A stretch of DNA of 64,000 nucleotides from Clostridiales bacterium (GTDB taxonomy: Bacteria > Bacillota > Clostridia > Oscillospirales > CAG-272): assembly GCA_016288155.1 (NCBI GenBank), contig JAEEYP010000063.1:222124-286123 (forward strand). Reading direction: 5' to 3'. This document shows, in pieces, positions 42,757 to 52,009 of this stretch. The translations under genes and the position numbers were made by a program. The notes under the pieces were generated by a model. The model saw only the letters and a list, made by a program, of their open reading frames with translations. It searched no databases and was not told where the DNA came from. Numbering within the stretch: the stretch's first letter is position 1; each line of letters begins with the position of its first letter.

Positions 42757-43068
42757 TTATCCGAGAAGTCGTTCAAGCCAGACGAGACCGAGATCGAACG
42801 CTTCGGTAAGTCCGGATTTCATATCCTGCTTCACGATGCGTTCCTGCTCCGTGAGGGAGCGGTCCGTCTTTTTGATCTGTATGAGCACCTTGTCCGGCAC
42901 GTCGTGTCCCTTCTGCTGCTTCAGCGTCATGATCGTCAGCTGCAGATAATACGGATCCTCCATGAAGCCGTAGCAGATCGTGTTGTCCTCCCGGACGAGC
43001 GGGCGACCCTTATACTCGAGATATTTCCCGTTGACCGATACTTCGTCAAGCGCTTTTTTCTCATCCAT
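42757..43068 (-). CDS. hypothetical 103-aa protein
   Basis: ORF with protein-like composition, own promoter-like element, and a stop 13 nt before the DUF3048 gene start. No family recognised. Confidence 0.55.
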   Translation of the reverse strand: MDEKKALDEVSVNGKYLEYKGRPLVREDNTICYGFMEDPYYLQLTIMTLKQQKGHDVPDKVLIQIKKTDRSLTEQERIVKQDMKSGLTEAFDLGLVWLERLLG

Positions 43069-43103
43069 GGCGCATATTTCCTTTCCCGTACATCTTTGAA
43101 ATA

Positions 43104-43132
43104 ATTGTACACCAAACCGCCCGAAAAGTCAA
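43104..43132 (-). promoter_or_regulatory. sigma-A promoter candidate for the 103-aa/DUF3048 pair
   Basis: Minus strand TTGACT (43132-43127), 17 nt, TACAAT (43109-43104). Confidence 0.55.
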
Positions 43133-43172
43133 TACATTCCCGTACAATCAAATACGGTACGGCGCAGAACGG

Positions 43173-43209
43173 AAAAATCCCCGCGGCGCGCCGTCTTGCC
43201 GCGGGGGAT
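43173..43209 (-). terminator. rho-independent terminator of the spoIIIA operon
   Basis: ATCCCCGCGGC/GCCGCGGGGGAT stem followed on the minus strand by TTTTT. Confidence 0.75.
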
Positions 43210-43243
43210 CGTTTCCTTCTCGGCGCGGCTGACCGCACCGCCT

Positions 43244-43825
43244 TTACACGTTCCGCTCGATGATCTTCAGCCGCGAGGGGGAGATCCCCGTCTGCTCGTA
43301 GACGATCTCGCTGATCTGCGCGATCTCACTCGGGAGCAGCCCCGCGCTCTTGACGATCACGCTGGCGGCATCGCCGTTGACGACGGCGACGCACTGCTCG
43401 AAGCCCTTGGATAAAACGAGCGATTCGATATTCGCCTCCGCCTCGATGTCGCGCGCGATCTGAGCGATCTCTTCCATGGCGTCCGTCTTCATGGTGTCGA
43501 CCGCCGTCGCGCTCTCAGCGACTGTCATGAGCACTTCCATCGCCTCGTCGCGTGCCTGGCGGCGGCTCAGCTGCATCGCTTCAAAGTAATTGTAGACCGG
43601 CGTCGACGCCGCGATCTGTTCCCCGTCCTCCTCGCTTTCCCCGCGCAGCGCGGATACGTCCACCGCGAGACCGGCGCGCCCGGCGCGTTCCTCCGCGCTC
43701 GTCAGTTTCCAGTTCAGGATCGCTCCGCCCACGAGGATCACCGCCGCCCCGGCGATCACGAGCCCGCGCCGCCCGAGCTTTTTCACCATCGCCAGCCCCT
43801 TATCCCGAATCGCCTGTATGTTCAT
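43244..43825 (-). CDS. spoIIIAH: stage III sporulation protein AH
   Basis: Start at MNIQAIRDKG (ATG 43825, GGAGGAG SD). N-terminal TM, then YFEAMQLSRRQARDEAMEVL...SKGFEQCVAVVNGD...VIVKS, the SpoIIIAH/YscJ-like pattern. Last gene of the operon. Confidence 0.85.
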   Translation of the reverse strand: MNIQAIRDKGLAMVKKLGRRGLVIAGAAVILVGGAILNWKLTSAEERAGRAGLAVDVSALRGESEEDGEQIAASTPVYNYFEAMQLSRRQARDEAMEVLMTVAESATAVDTMKTDAMEEIAQIARDIEAEANIESLVLSKGFEQCVAVVNGDAASVIVKSAGLLPSEIAQISEIVYEQTGISPSRLKIIERNV

Positions 43826-43891
43826 ATGCTCTCCTCCCGATCGTTTTGTTCCATGTGTATGCACGCCAATGGCGGCGTATGCACGCACGCG

Positions 43892-44335
43892 CTATTTTCC
43901 CGCGACGCGGATCCGCGAGGATGGGATTCCGAGCGCCGCGCTGAGCAGTTCCGTGATCGTCAGCCGGACGGCACTGTCGTCGCCGCCCGTGCAGATCACG
44001 GCGACGCCGCGGATCTGCGGGCTGATCTCCTGAAGGAGCAGCGGCGATTCCCGATCCCACGCTCCTCCGTCCGCATACACGTACTCGACTCCGCTCTCAA
44101 GCGTAAGCAGCACGTGCGCCTCCCGGACGCCGGAAAGTTCCTCGCACAGCGTCTCGATCCTTTCCTCCATCGTCCGTGTGTAAAATCGGACGGACACGTC
44201 CTGGACTTCAGCGTAAGATCCGCCGCGCGAAAGAAAACTTCCGCCTATCAATAACAGCAGTCCGGCGCACGCCGCCGCGGTACCGATCCGGAATCCCCGG
44301 CTATCCTTCCACAGACGCTTCCACATCGCCGTCAT
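43892..44335 (-). CDS. spoIIIAG: stage III sporulation protein AG
   Basis: TM followed by EERIETLCEELSGVREAHVLLTLESG...IRGVAVICTGGDD...ITELLSAALGIPSSRIRV, typical SpoIIIAG C-terminal domain. Confidence 0.8.
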   Translation of the reverse strand: MTAMWKRLWKDSRGFRIGTAAACAGLLLLIGGSFLSRGGSYAEVQDVSVRFYTRTMEERIETLCEELSGVREAHVLLTLESGVEYVYADGGAWDRESPLLLQEISPQIRGVAVICTGGDDSAVRLTITELLSAALGIPSSRIRVAGK

Positions 44336-44816
44336 TCACTCCGTCCTCCTTTACCGTACAGGGACAGCCGAGCAGCGTCCCCGCGAATTCTTCAGCCGCA
44401 TGCGGCAGCGCCGCATCGGGACTGCAGAGGATCTCCGCTCCGATCAGCGTGACGCTGCCGTCCTCACCGACCGTGCTGTGTACACTGACCCGCACTTCTT
44501 CCGCCGGGACCGAGAAGCGGGCGGCGATGAGCAGCGCCGCCCCGCGCTCGATCCGCCCGATACTGTCCCGCACGATCCACTCCTCGGTCTTTGCCGCCGC
44601 CTCGCGCGCCGTTTCCGTTTCCGGTACAAATACCTCGAAGGCGGAACGAATCTCTTCCGCCGACGGCAGTGCCCGCACCGCCGTCTCCGCGAGCGCCGCA
44701 AGCACGGAAAGCGAAACGAGCAGCGAGATCCCGCGGCGGTGCGCGTGATCCTCCCCTCCGGGTACCAGTACGCATACGAACGCGCCGACCAGCGCGATGA
44801 CAGCCGCGTAAAACAT
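44301..44816 (-). CDS. spoIIIAF: stage III sporulation protein AF
   Basis: Start at MFYAAVIALVG (ATG 44816, 1 nt after the spoIIIAE stop). Two TMs plus a soluble domain. Call rests mainly on operon position. Confidence 0.7.
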   Translation of the reverse strand: MFYAAVIALVGAFVCVLVPGGEDHAHRRGISLLVSLSVLAALAETAVRALPSAEEIRSAFEVFVPETETAREAAAKTEEWIVRDSIGRIERGAALLIAARFSVPAEEVRVSVHSTVGEDGSVTLIGAEILCSPDAALPHAAEEFAGTLLGCPCTVKEDGVNDGDVEASVEG

Positions 44817-44817
44817 C

Positions 44818-45945
44818 CTACGTTCCTCCCGACATGCCGCACAGAAGCGCAAGGACCAGGATCATGAGCATGGCGCCGAGCGCGCACAGCGCCAGCATGT
44901 ACCCGACCGCCGTCCCGAATTCGCCGAGCATCTTCCCTTCCCGTTCACATCCGATCAGTTCCGCCGCTCCCTGTCCCAATCCGAGCACGGCGTGCGTCAG
45001 GATCAACCGAACGACGAGCGGCATGAGCGCGCACACGACCGCCGCCATGGAAAGCGTGCCGCAGGCGGTACGGATCACGCGAAGGCTCCCCGCCGTAGTC
45101 GTCAGCGTTTCCGAGAGCGCGCCTCCAATGAGCGGTATCAGATTGCCGAGCGCAAAGCGGACGGTGCGGATCGTCAGCGTGTCCGCGGAACGCGCCACGA
45201 CGCTCTGCACACTGATGACGAATCCGAGAAGCAGCGCCAGCACAGCCAGCCCCCACGTGAAGACGCGGCGGACACAGCGCACGATCCCTTCCGCGTGCAT
45301 CGACTGTGACACGCCGCAGACGATGCTCCACGCCAGAATCACCCGTACGACCGGCAGGAGGAGCCACGCGCTCACGTTCTGGAATATCGTATACAAAAGG
45401 GCGAGCGATCCGTTCAGAACGGCGCTGAAAGAGATCTGCCCGCCCGCCGCCGTAACGGCGCAGGCGAGCGGCGCCACACCGCCGCACAGCGAGGCGAGAA
45501 ATGCGAGGAACTCCTGCGCCGACGTCAGGAGCGCGCCGAGCGCGTCCGTCACCTCCACGCACAGCGCCAGACCGGTACAGAGCGAAAACACGGACCCGAG
45601 GTCCGATGCGCCGAGCCCGTCCCGGAGGCGGTAAAAGAGCGCGGAGACGAGCAGTACCGCCAGAAGCTCGCACAAAAGCCTTGCGTCCTCGCTCCAGAAG
45701 GAGAAGACGGCATCCGCCGCCCGCTTCAGCCAATCGGAGAGCGACCATACGGAACCGAGCGACTGTGCCGCATCTTCCGGATCCTCGATCGACGCGCCGT
45801 CCGGCAGCCGCTCCGTCAGTACGCCGCGCCATTCGTCCCATTCGCTTCGGAAGTTGTCCTCATAGAACTCAGAATCCGCGTGACAGAGGCAGCAGCACAC
45901 TGCCGCCGTCAGCACACAGAGCACGGCGGCGACCGCCCGCCTCAT
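44818..45945 (-). CDS. spoIIIAE: stage III sporulation protein AE
   Basis: Start at MRRAVAAVL (ATG 45945, ATGA overlap with spoIIIAD). Signal-like N-terminus followed by a polytopic membrane domain of typical size. Confidence 0.85.
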   Translation of the reverse strand: MRRAVAAVLCVLTAAVCCCLCHADSEFYEDNFRSEWDEWRGVLTERLPDGASIEDPEDAAQSLGSVWSLSDWLKRAADAVFSFWSEDARLLCELLAVLLVSALFYRLRDGLGASDLGSVFSLCTGLALCVEVTDALGALLTSAQEFLAFLASLCGGVAPLACAVTAAGGQISFSAVLNGSLALLYTIFQNVSAWLLLPVVRVILAWSIVCGVSQSMHAEGIVRCVRRVFTWGLAVLALLLGFVISVQSVVARSADTLTIRTVRFALGNLIPLIGGALSETLTTTAGSLRVIRTACGTLSMAAVVCALMPLVVRLILTHAVLGLGQGAAELIGCEREGKMLGEFGTAVGYMLALCALGAMLMILVLALLCGMSGGT

Positions 45946-46325
45946 GTGAGCAGCTCCCGCACGACGGCGAGGATACGGTACGCCATAGGAAGGGAGAGCA
46001 CGGCGATCTCTACGCGCGCCCAATATTCGATCTGTCCTCCGAGTCCGTTCTCGCCGACATCCCGGCAGGCTCCCGACGCGATGTGGGAAATGTATGCCAC
46101 GCCGAGCGCCCGGAGCAGGACGCCGACCGTCTCCCCCGCACCGCTTTCCTCACAGTACGAAACAAAAGCGCTCAGCGGCTCGCGGATCCGGGCAATCCAC
46201 CCGGCGGCAAGACATAGCGCCGCGCCCGCGGCGGCTGCCGCCGCGAGCTCTTTCTGCTGCGGCCGGAGCAGAAAGCACAGCAGCGCCGCAACGGCGCCGA
46301 GTACAGCCGCCTGCCAGAAGCTCAC
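45942..46325 (-). CDS. spoIIIAD: stage III sporulation protein AD
   Basis: GTG start overlapping the spoIIIAC stop (GTGA at 46325-46322). 127 aa, four TM segments, GVAYISHIASGACRDVGENGLGGQIE motif. Confidence 0.85.
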   Translation of the reverse strand: MSFWQAAVLGAVAALLCFLLRPQQKELAAAAAAGAALCLAAGWIARIREPLSAFVSYCEESGAGETVGVLLRALGVAYISHIASGACRDVGENGLGGQIEYWARVEIAVLSLPMAYRILAVVRELLT

Positions 46326-46516
46326 AGCCCGAACATCGCCCGAACGGCGGAGAAAAGATCGCGGATCTGTTCCAGCACGACGAGCAGTGCGAGCACAACG
46401 CCCGCGAGCGATACGAGCATCGCCTGATCCTCCCGCCCCGCCTTCCCCAAGATCTGGCAGGAGACCGCGACGAGGATCCCGATGGCGGCGAGCTTCAGGA
46501 TGACTCCCGCTTCCAT
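46322..46516 (-). CDS. spoIIIAC: stage III sporulation protein AC
   Basis: 64 aa: MEAGVILKLAAIGILVAVSCQILGKAGREDQAMLVSLAGVVLALLVVLEQIRDLFSAVRAMFGL. Confidence 0.85.
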   Translation of the reverse strand: MEAGVILKLAAIGILVAVSCQILGKAGREDQAMLVSLAGVVLALLVVLEQIRDLFSAVRAMFGL

Positions 46517-46533
46517 AGGCAGTCCTTTCTTTT

Positions 46534-46998
46534 CTATACAAAGACGATCATAACGGCAAAAGCGGCGAGCAGCGGCAAAGCGCCATACAGTCTTGCCCGC
46601 GCCGGATATGCCGCCTGTGCTTCGGCAAAGCACTGCGCCAGCCGCTCCTCGGTATAGGCACACAGCGCGAGCGTTTCCTCCCGGTATCCTCCGCCGACCT
46701 CGGCGGCAAAGGCGCGAAGCAGTTCTCCGTCGCCGCCCATACGCGCGGCAAGCGGTGCGGCTGCCTCGGCGACGGTGGCTGCTTTGGCGTGTCCGTCCGG
46801 GTCCGCGCTGCGCTCCGCCTCCCATTCCGCCAGGATCTCAGGCAAGGGGGCGGAGAAATACTCGATCTTTCGCCGCACGTGTCGGACAAGCGACAGCGCC
46901 CGTTCCATCGCGCGCACACGTTCACGCTCTCCCCGCCGCAGATACGCGCCGAGGCAGAGCGCACACACTGTCAGAAGGATCATTCCCGCCAGCTTCAC
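46534..46998 (-). CDS. spoIIIAB: stage III sporulation protein AB
   Basis: 154 aa with N- and C-terminal TMs. LSLVRHVRRKIEYFSAPLPEIL motif. ATGA overlap with spoIIIAA. Confidence 0.8.
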   Translation of the reverse strand: MKLAGMILLTVCALCLGAYLRRGERERVRAMERALSLVRHVRRKIEYFSAPLPEILAEWEAERSADPDGHAKAATVAEAAAPLAARMGGDGELLRAFAAEVGGGYREETLALCAYTEERLAQCFAEAQAAYPARARLYGALPLLAAFAVMIVFV

Positions 46999-47882
46999 GA
47001 GGCGCCCTCCTCAAAAAATACGGGTTCCGCCCGCACCGTTCCTTCCACACGGCGCAGTCCGACGAGAACGGAAAACACACGGGCGTCCCACAGCGTGCGA
47101 AGTGCAGGACGTTCCAGGAGATCCTCCCGTGATCCGGCGTGCGCCGTCGCCGCGACCGCAGTTCCGGCGGCGTGCGCATCGGCGATCGCCCGTGCGTCCG
47201 CTTCCCCCGCGATCTCGTCGCAGAGTAGGATATCCGGCGACATCGTCCGCACCGCCATGGCGATGCCGGCATCCCGCGGATAGCCGCAATAGTAATCGAC
47301 GGAGGTGCCCGCCGGATCGCACAGCTCGAAACGCGTATCGATGACGGCGACGCGCAGCGGCGGCTCTTTCTCTCCGAGACGAAGCGCCAGCGCACGGAGC
47401 GCCGTCGTTTTCCCGACGCCGGGAGGAGACCAGATCAGGATACTGCGCAGCGACCCCTCGCCGAAAAGCAGCGGGAGGATCCCGTCAGCCGCCCGCGGCA
47501 TCGTGCGCGGCACGCGGATGCAGAGCGAGGTGATCTCCTCCACCGCCGTGATGCGACCGTCCCGGCAGACGGCGCGGCCGCAGACGCCGACGCGGATCCC
47601 CTGCGCCGTGCAGAGATACCCCTCGCGGATCGTATCCGCGTGCGCGTACAGTGAACCGCCGCACAGACCGCGTACCGCCGCGTCCATCTCCTCGCCGCTC
47701 ACCGTCACGCCGACGCGGTACGTCTTCCCGCCGGATACGATGATTGCCTGTCCGCCTCGGTACAGACGCACCTCCTCCGTTCCGCCGCCGCACAGGGCGG
47801 CGCACGCCAGAATCTGCGCGGCGAGCGGCGGCGGCAAGCAGGAGAGCGCCGCCTCCGTTCCCGTATCCCGTTCCGGACTCAT
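46995..47882 (-). CDS. spoIIIAA: stage III sporulation protein AA (AAA-type ATPase)
   Basis: Start at MSPERD (ATG 47882, GGAGG SD 7 nt upstream). Walker A SPPGVGKTT, Walker B ILLCDEI. Confidence 0.85.
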   Translation of the reverse strand: MSPERDTGTEAALSCLPPPLAAQILACAALCGGGTEEVRLYRGGQAIIVSGGKTYRVGVTVSGEEMDAAVRGLCGGSLYAHADTIREGYLCTAQGIRVGVCGRAVCRDGRITAVEEITSLCIRVPRTMPRAADGILPLLFGEGSLRSILIWSPPGVGKTTALRALALRLGEKEPPLRVAVIDTRFELCDPAGTSVDYYCGYPRDAGIAMAVRTMSPDILLCDEIAGEADARAIADAHAAGTAVAATAHAGSREDLLERPALRTLWDARVFSVLVGLRRVEGTVRAEPVFFEEGAS

Positions 47883-47941
47883 GAGATCGCCTCCGTTTCT
47901 CAAGCTGTCCTATCCTATGCGGCACAGGACAAAAACAGAAC

Positions 47942-47972
47942 AAAAAAAGAGCGCGAGCTTTCACTCGCGCTC
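47942..47972 (-). terminator. rho-independent terminator of the rplU-prp-rpmA operon
   Basis: GAGCGCGAG/CTCGCGCTC stem followed on the minus strand by TTTTTTT. Confidence 0.8.
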
Positions 47973-47985
47973 CTGAGAGCGGAAA

Positions 47986-48264
47986 TCAGTCGGCGTACAC
48001 GCTGACCTGTCTTCTGCCGTTGGCGATATGCTCGAACTTGACCTTGCCGTCGATCAGAGCAAAGAGCGTATCATCCGAGCCGCGGCCGACGTTGACGCCG
48101 GGATGGATGTGCGTTCCTCTCTGACGGATGATGATATTGCCGGCGACGACGGACTGACCGTCCGCACGCTTCACGCCGAGACGCTTGGACTCGCTGTCGC
48201 GGCCGTTCTTCGTGGAACCAACGCCCTTCTTATGTGCAAAAAACTGCAAACCGATGCGAATCAT
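47986..48264 (-). CDS. rpmA: 50S ribosomal protein L27 (with N-terminal propeptide)
   Basis: [32 protein letters not shown]. The Firmicute-type cleavable N-terminal extension is present. Confidence 0.95.
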   Translation of the reverse strand: MIRIGLQFFAHKKGVGSTKNGRDSESKRLGVKRADGQSVVAGNIIIRQRGTHIHPGVNVGRGSDDTLFALIDGKVKFEHIANGRRQVSVYAD

Positions 48265-48286
48265 GATCTTTTCCTCCGTTCAATAA

Positions 48287-48646
48287 TTAGGTGACGGGAT
48301 CGTCCCGGATCTCGATCTCAAGATAATCGTAGTACTCCTCCGTGAGGTCTGCGAGCTGGTAATAGTAGCCGCAGAACAGTCCCGCCAAAGCGTACTGCTT
48401 CTTTTCCTCAAGGCCGCCTCCGGGAAGCGCGCCCGGCGCACGCACGACGATCTCGGCATCCTCTTCATGGATGATATACTCCACGTCCGAAGCGTATCCG
48501 ATCTCGATGGTGTTCAGTATCAGCATCGTCATCGCGGAGAGCGCCGCGCAGAGGACGTCGTCCCCGCTTTCGCCGTACCCCGTATGACCGTGCTCCTCGA
48601 ACCCGTAGAAAACGCCGTCACGCCGATAAAAAATGATCTTCGTCAT
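48287..48646 (-). CDS. prp: ribosomal-processing cysteine protease Prp
   Basis: GHTGYGESGDDVLCAALSAMT motif (catalytic His/Cys). Located between rplU and rpmA. Confidence 0.9.
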   Translation of the reverse strand: MTKIIFYRRDGVFYGFEEHGHTGYGESGDDVLCAALSAMTMLILNTIEIGYASDVEYIIHEEDAEIVVRAPGALPGGGLEEKKQYALAGLFCGYYYQLADLTEEYYDYLEIEIRDDPVT

Positions 48647-48678
48647 GCCGTGGCACCGTGGCTGGATCGGGTATCCGA

Positions 48679-48990
48679 TCAGCCTTCGATCTTATCGATC
48701 TGGACCTTCGTGTACGGCTGTCTGTGGCCGTTCTTCTTCTTCTCGTTCTTCTTGGGCTTGTAGGTCATCACGTAGATCTTCTTGCCCTTGCCGTTCTTCA
48801 CGACGTTGGCGGTGACCTTGGCACCGTCAAGGATCGGACTTCCGGTCCGGATCCCGTCTCCGTCAGACAGAGCGAGCACGCGGTCAAACGTGACCGTATC
48901 GCCTGCCTCCGCCTCCAGTTTCTCAACGAAGATCACGTCGCCTTCGTTGACCTTGTACTGCTTTCCGCCCGTTTCGATCACAGCAAACAC
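48679..48990 (-). CDS. rplU: 50S ribosomal protein L21
   Basis: GTG start at 48990 (GAGAGG SD 8 nt upstream) gives [14 protein letters not shown]... The track ORF begins 3 codons earlier at another GTG. Confidence 0.95.
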   Translation of the reverse strand: MFAVIETGGKQYKVNEGDVIFVEKLEAEAGDTVTFDRVLALSDGDGIRTGSPILDGAKVTANVVKNGKGKKIYVMTYKPKKNEKKKNGHRQPYTKVQIDKIEG

Positions 48991-49073
48991 GAAAAGCACC
49001 TCTCTTTCATATGACTCGCTAACGTCGGGCTGCCGTCAGATAGACGACGATTGTACGCCCGCATTATGCGGCA
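48991..49073 (-). promoter_or_regulatory. structured 5' leader of rplU (possible L21-leader-type ribosomal autoregulatory element)
   Basis: ~80-nt leader with hairpins GCCGCA-uaa-UGCGGGC and CGUCGUC...GACGGC between the promoter and the SD. Assignment to the known L21 leader family is unverified. Confidence 0.3.
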
Positions 49074-49079
49074 CTATAT

Positions 49080-49108
49080 AGTTTACCATACAAATCCATG
49101 CTTGTCAA
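49080..49108 (-). promoter_or_regulatory. sigma-A promoter of the rplU operon
   Basis: Minus strand TTGACA (49108-49103), 17 nt, TAAACT (49085-49080), with TGn extended -10. Confidence 0.6.
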
Positions 49109-49146
49109 GGGGATTTTTCATACTTTCAAAGGAAATTCCGCTAAAT

Positions 49147-50010
49147 TCAGGAGCGTTCCCGTGCCGCCGCGAGGCGGGCGGCGGTCAGCGTGTTCTTGAG
49201 AAGCATTGCGATCGTCATCGGACCGACGCCGCCCGGGACCGGCGTGATCGCCGACGCCTTCGGCTCGACGGTATCGAAGTCCACGTCGCCGCACAGTTTC
49301 CCGTTCTCATCCCGGTTCATGCCGACGTCGATCACGACGGCGCCGTCACGCACCATGTCCCCGCGGATCAGTCGCACGCGTCCTACGGCGGCGACGAGGA
49401 TATCTGCTCGGCGTGTGTGCGCGGCGAGATCGCGCGTGTGCGAATGGCAGAGCGTCACGGTGCCGTGCGCGTGAAGCAGCAGCATCGCCATCGGCTTGCC
49501 GACGATGTTGCTCCGCCCGACGACGACGCATTCCTTCCCTTCCGGATCGATCCCCTCATGACGAAGCAGCTCCATGACGCCCGCAGGCGTACAGGGCAGA
49601 AGGTCGAAGTGACCGGTCATGATCCGTCCGACGTTCTCCGGATGAAAGGCGTCCACGTCCTTCTGCGGCGGGATCGCGGCGATGACCGCTCCTTCCCGGA
49701 TGTGCGCGGGGAGCGGAAGCTGCACGAGGATCCCGTGCACGCGCGGGTCGTCCGCGAGCCGGGCGATCCGCGAGACAAGCTCCGCCTCCGTCGTTTCCGC
49801 CGGGAGCGCGATGACCTCGGAGGCGAACCCGACCTCCTCGCACGCGCGCTTCTTGTTGCGTACGTACACCTGCGAGGCGGGATCTTCTCCGACGATGATA
49901 ACGCTCAGGCCGGGCGCGTATCCGTTCTCCGCCGTGAACGACGCCGTTTCCTGCGCGATGCGCGCGCGGATCTCCCCCGCGATCTTCTTTCCGTCAATCA
50001 ATTTTGCCAT
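49147..50010 (-). CDS. folD: bifunctional methylenetetrahydrofolate dehydrogenase/cyclohydrolase
   Basis: Start at [11 protein letters not shown] (ATG 50010). [14 protein letters not shown] and [14 protein letters not shown] motifs. 17-nt overlap with the lgt 3' end. Confidence 0.9.
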   Translation of the reverse strand: MAKLIDGKKIAGEIRARIAQETASFTAENGYAPGLSVIIVGEDPASQVYVRNKKRACEEVGFASEVIALPAETTEAELVSRIARLADDPRVHGILVQLPLPAHIREGAVIAAIPPQKDVDAFHPENVGRIMTGHFDLLPCTPAGVMELLRHEGIDPEGKECVVVGRSNIVGKPMAMLLLHAHGTVTLCHSHTRDLAAHTRRADILVAAVGRVRLIRGDMVRDGAVVIDVGMNRDENGKLCGDVDFDTVEPKASAITPVPGGVGPMTIAMLLKNTLTAARLAAARERS

Positions 50011-51007
50011 CGTCCTGCTTTTCCTCCTGCGCTTCTTCCTTTTTCTCCGTCGGGTCGACGTTCTCCGCCGTCTCCCCGTCCGCGCTGCGCGTCTCCTCCG
50101 CATCGGAGTCCGCGCCGTGCGAGAAGCCGGAGAAAGCGGCGGTGTACTCGCCGCCGTCCTCTTTTTTCTTTGCCGCCTTGCGTAGATTCACGATCGTGAG
50201 CACGACGCCGAGCACGAAGGTCACGAAGCCTACGAACTGCGAGACGCGCATATTGCCGATATACAGGCTGTCGGTGCGGAGCTGTTCGATGAACATTCGC
50301 CCGAAGCCATACCACGCCATATAGAAAAGAAACATCTGCCCGTGGAATTTCTTCTTTTTGTAGAAGATCGTAATAAGGATGAGCCCGATCAGATTCCACA
50401 AGGATTCATAAAGGAAGGTCGGATGGACGTAGGATTCAGAGAAAAAGGTCTGTCCGCCGTCCGCGGATTGAAGGATGCCCATCCGCCACGGAAGCGTCGT
50501 TTCCGAGCCGTACGCCTCTACGTTGACGAAATTTCCCCAACGCCCGATGATCTGCCCGATCAGTACGGCGGGACCGGCGATGTCGGCGATCACGGCGAAG
50601 CGGATGCGTTTTTTTCGCGCGACGACGATCGCGGCGATAAATCCGAAGATGATGCCGCCGTAGATGGCGAGACCGCCCTCCCAGACCGCGATGACGTTGT
50701 ACAGCGTCCGACCCAGATTGCTCCAGAAAGTACCATCCGTAACGAGATACCGGTCGAACTCCATGGCAACGTAGTACAACCGCGCGCCGATGACCCCGGC
50801 GATGATGAGCGCCAGAGCAAGATCGAGAATATCGTCGCTCTTGACGCGCTCGTACTTCGCGTGATACAGCGCGTAGAGCACGGAGAGGATCATGCCGCAG
50901 GTGATGAGGATACCGTACCAGTTGACGCTGAACGGGCCGACGGTGAACGCGACGCGCTCCATGTGGAACGGATCGATCCCGAGGCCGGGAAAGGATACGT
51001 ATGTCAT
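49994..51007 (-). CDS. lgt: prolipoprotein diacylglyceryl transferase with ~60-aa acidic C-terminal tail
   Basis: [13 protein letters not shown] signature, seven hydrophobic segments. The tail is rich in E/D/K. Confidence 0.9.
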   Translation of the reverse strand: MTYVSFPGLGIDPFHMERVAFTVGPFSVNWYGILITCGMILSVLYALYHAKYERVKSDDILDLALALIIAGVIGARLYYVAMEFDRYLVTDGTFWSNLGRTLYNVIAVWEGGLAIYGGIIFGFIAAIVVARKKRIRFAVIADIAGPAVLIGQIIGRWGNFVNVEAYGSETTLPWRMGILQSADGGQTFFSESYVHPTFLYESLWNLIGLILITIFYKKKKFHGQMFLFYMAWYGFGRMFIEQLRTDSLYIGNMRVSQFVGFVTFVLGVVLTIVNLRKAAKKKEDGGEYTAAFSGFSHGADSDAEETRSADGETAENVDPTEKKEEAQEEKQDDGKID

Positions 51008-51046
51008 AGGGATTCCTCCTTTTTGTTATCGTTATATTACCGCATA

Positions 51047-51980
51047 TTACCGCAGATCGATCGGCTGCGACCACGTCTCGTACCCCTCGGCGTCCACGCA
51101 GACCGCGCGGAGATACGGGATCCGCTTCCCTGCGATATCGAACTCGGCGTGCGTGAGGAGTTCTCCGGCGTCCTCCCTGTGATAATGTCCGAAATCCCGT
51201 CCGTCGGAGAAAAGATAGATCGTCCGGCACGGGGAGCAGCGGAAATACGCTTTGCCGTCCTCGATATAGAAATCAAAGATCTGCGGTCCCCGGGAGGCGT
51301 AAAAGCTCCCGTCGAGCAGCGCCTCGGTGATCGCGGCGCGCGTGAGCTCCTTTGCCTTCACGACGATCCAGCCTTTGAAGAAATCGCGGATCGGAAGATG
51401 CGCGTCGTCGCTGGCGATACACCGGGGGAGCGTCCCCTCCGGCGTACGGTAATTGAGAAAGAGAAGATTGTCGTAAAAGCTTTCGGACAGTCCGCATTTG
51501 AGGATCGTCTCACAGCCGGAATTGAAGATCTCGATCCCCTCCAGCCCCCGCACCCGGGAAACGTCGCGGTGATCCAGTTTGCATCCGTTCGGATGGGCGA
51601 AGAACACCATGTTCCCGCGCGCTGTGAACCAATCGACGAACTCCTGCGCATCGTCCTGCGTCCACATGTCCCGGGGGGAAGCGCTGTCCGTGACAGAGCG
51701 TATTCTTCCCTTCCATCCCGATGCAGACGAGATGATCGACGCGGAAGTCGGAATAATACCGGTCGACCTCCGTCCCGGGGATCGTGATGAAGTCCTCGGT
51801 GCAGAGCCCGTCGTGACAGCCGTACACGTTGTGATCCGTTATGGCTGGGAAAGAATACCCTTCCCGCCGATATATCTCGCAGAGCTCCTAGGGAGAATGC
51901 TTCCCGTCGGAAATCGTGGAGTGAGAGTGCAGGTTTCCCTTATAAAAGGTCCCTTCACGATACAGCGTCGAGATCCGCAT
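51047..51980 (-). pseudogene. PHP-domain metal-dependent phosphoesterase, disrupted (in-frame TAG plus frameshift)
   Basis: ATG 51980 with GGAGGG SD. MRISTLYREGTFYKGNLHSHSTISDGKHSP then TAG (51890-51888) then ELCEIYRREGYSFPAITDHN... The frame breaks at the CCCCCCGGG run (51678-51670) and continues as MWTQDDAQEFVDWFTARGNMVFFAHPNG...ASDDAH... (track ORF 51047..51667). Confidence 0.75.
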
Positions 51981-52009
51981 GAGTCTGTCCCTCCTTCACG
52001 AATTCTTTT

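Noticed and set aside
47883-47985. Attempt to assign a sigma-E/sigma-G sporulation promoter upstream of spoIIIAA (CATAGGAT resembles the CATACA-T -10 element).
   Set aside because: No acceptable -35 element lies at the required spacing. The match is too weak to report as a feature without transcript data.
51888-51890. The in-frame TAG in the PHP gene as programmed recoding (pyrrolysine or read-through).
   Set aside because: There is no pyl gene context in the window, the position corresponds to an ordinary conserved Glu codon one substitution away, and a second lesion (a frameshift) lies downstream. A pseudogene or sequencing error is more parsimonious.
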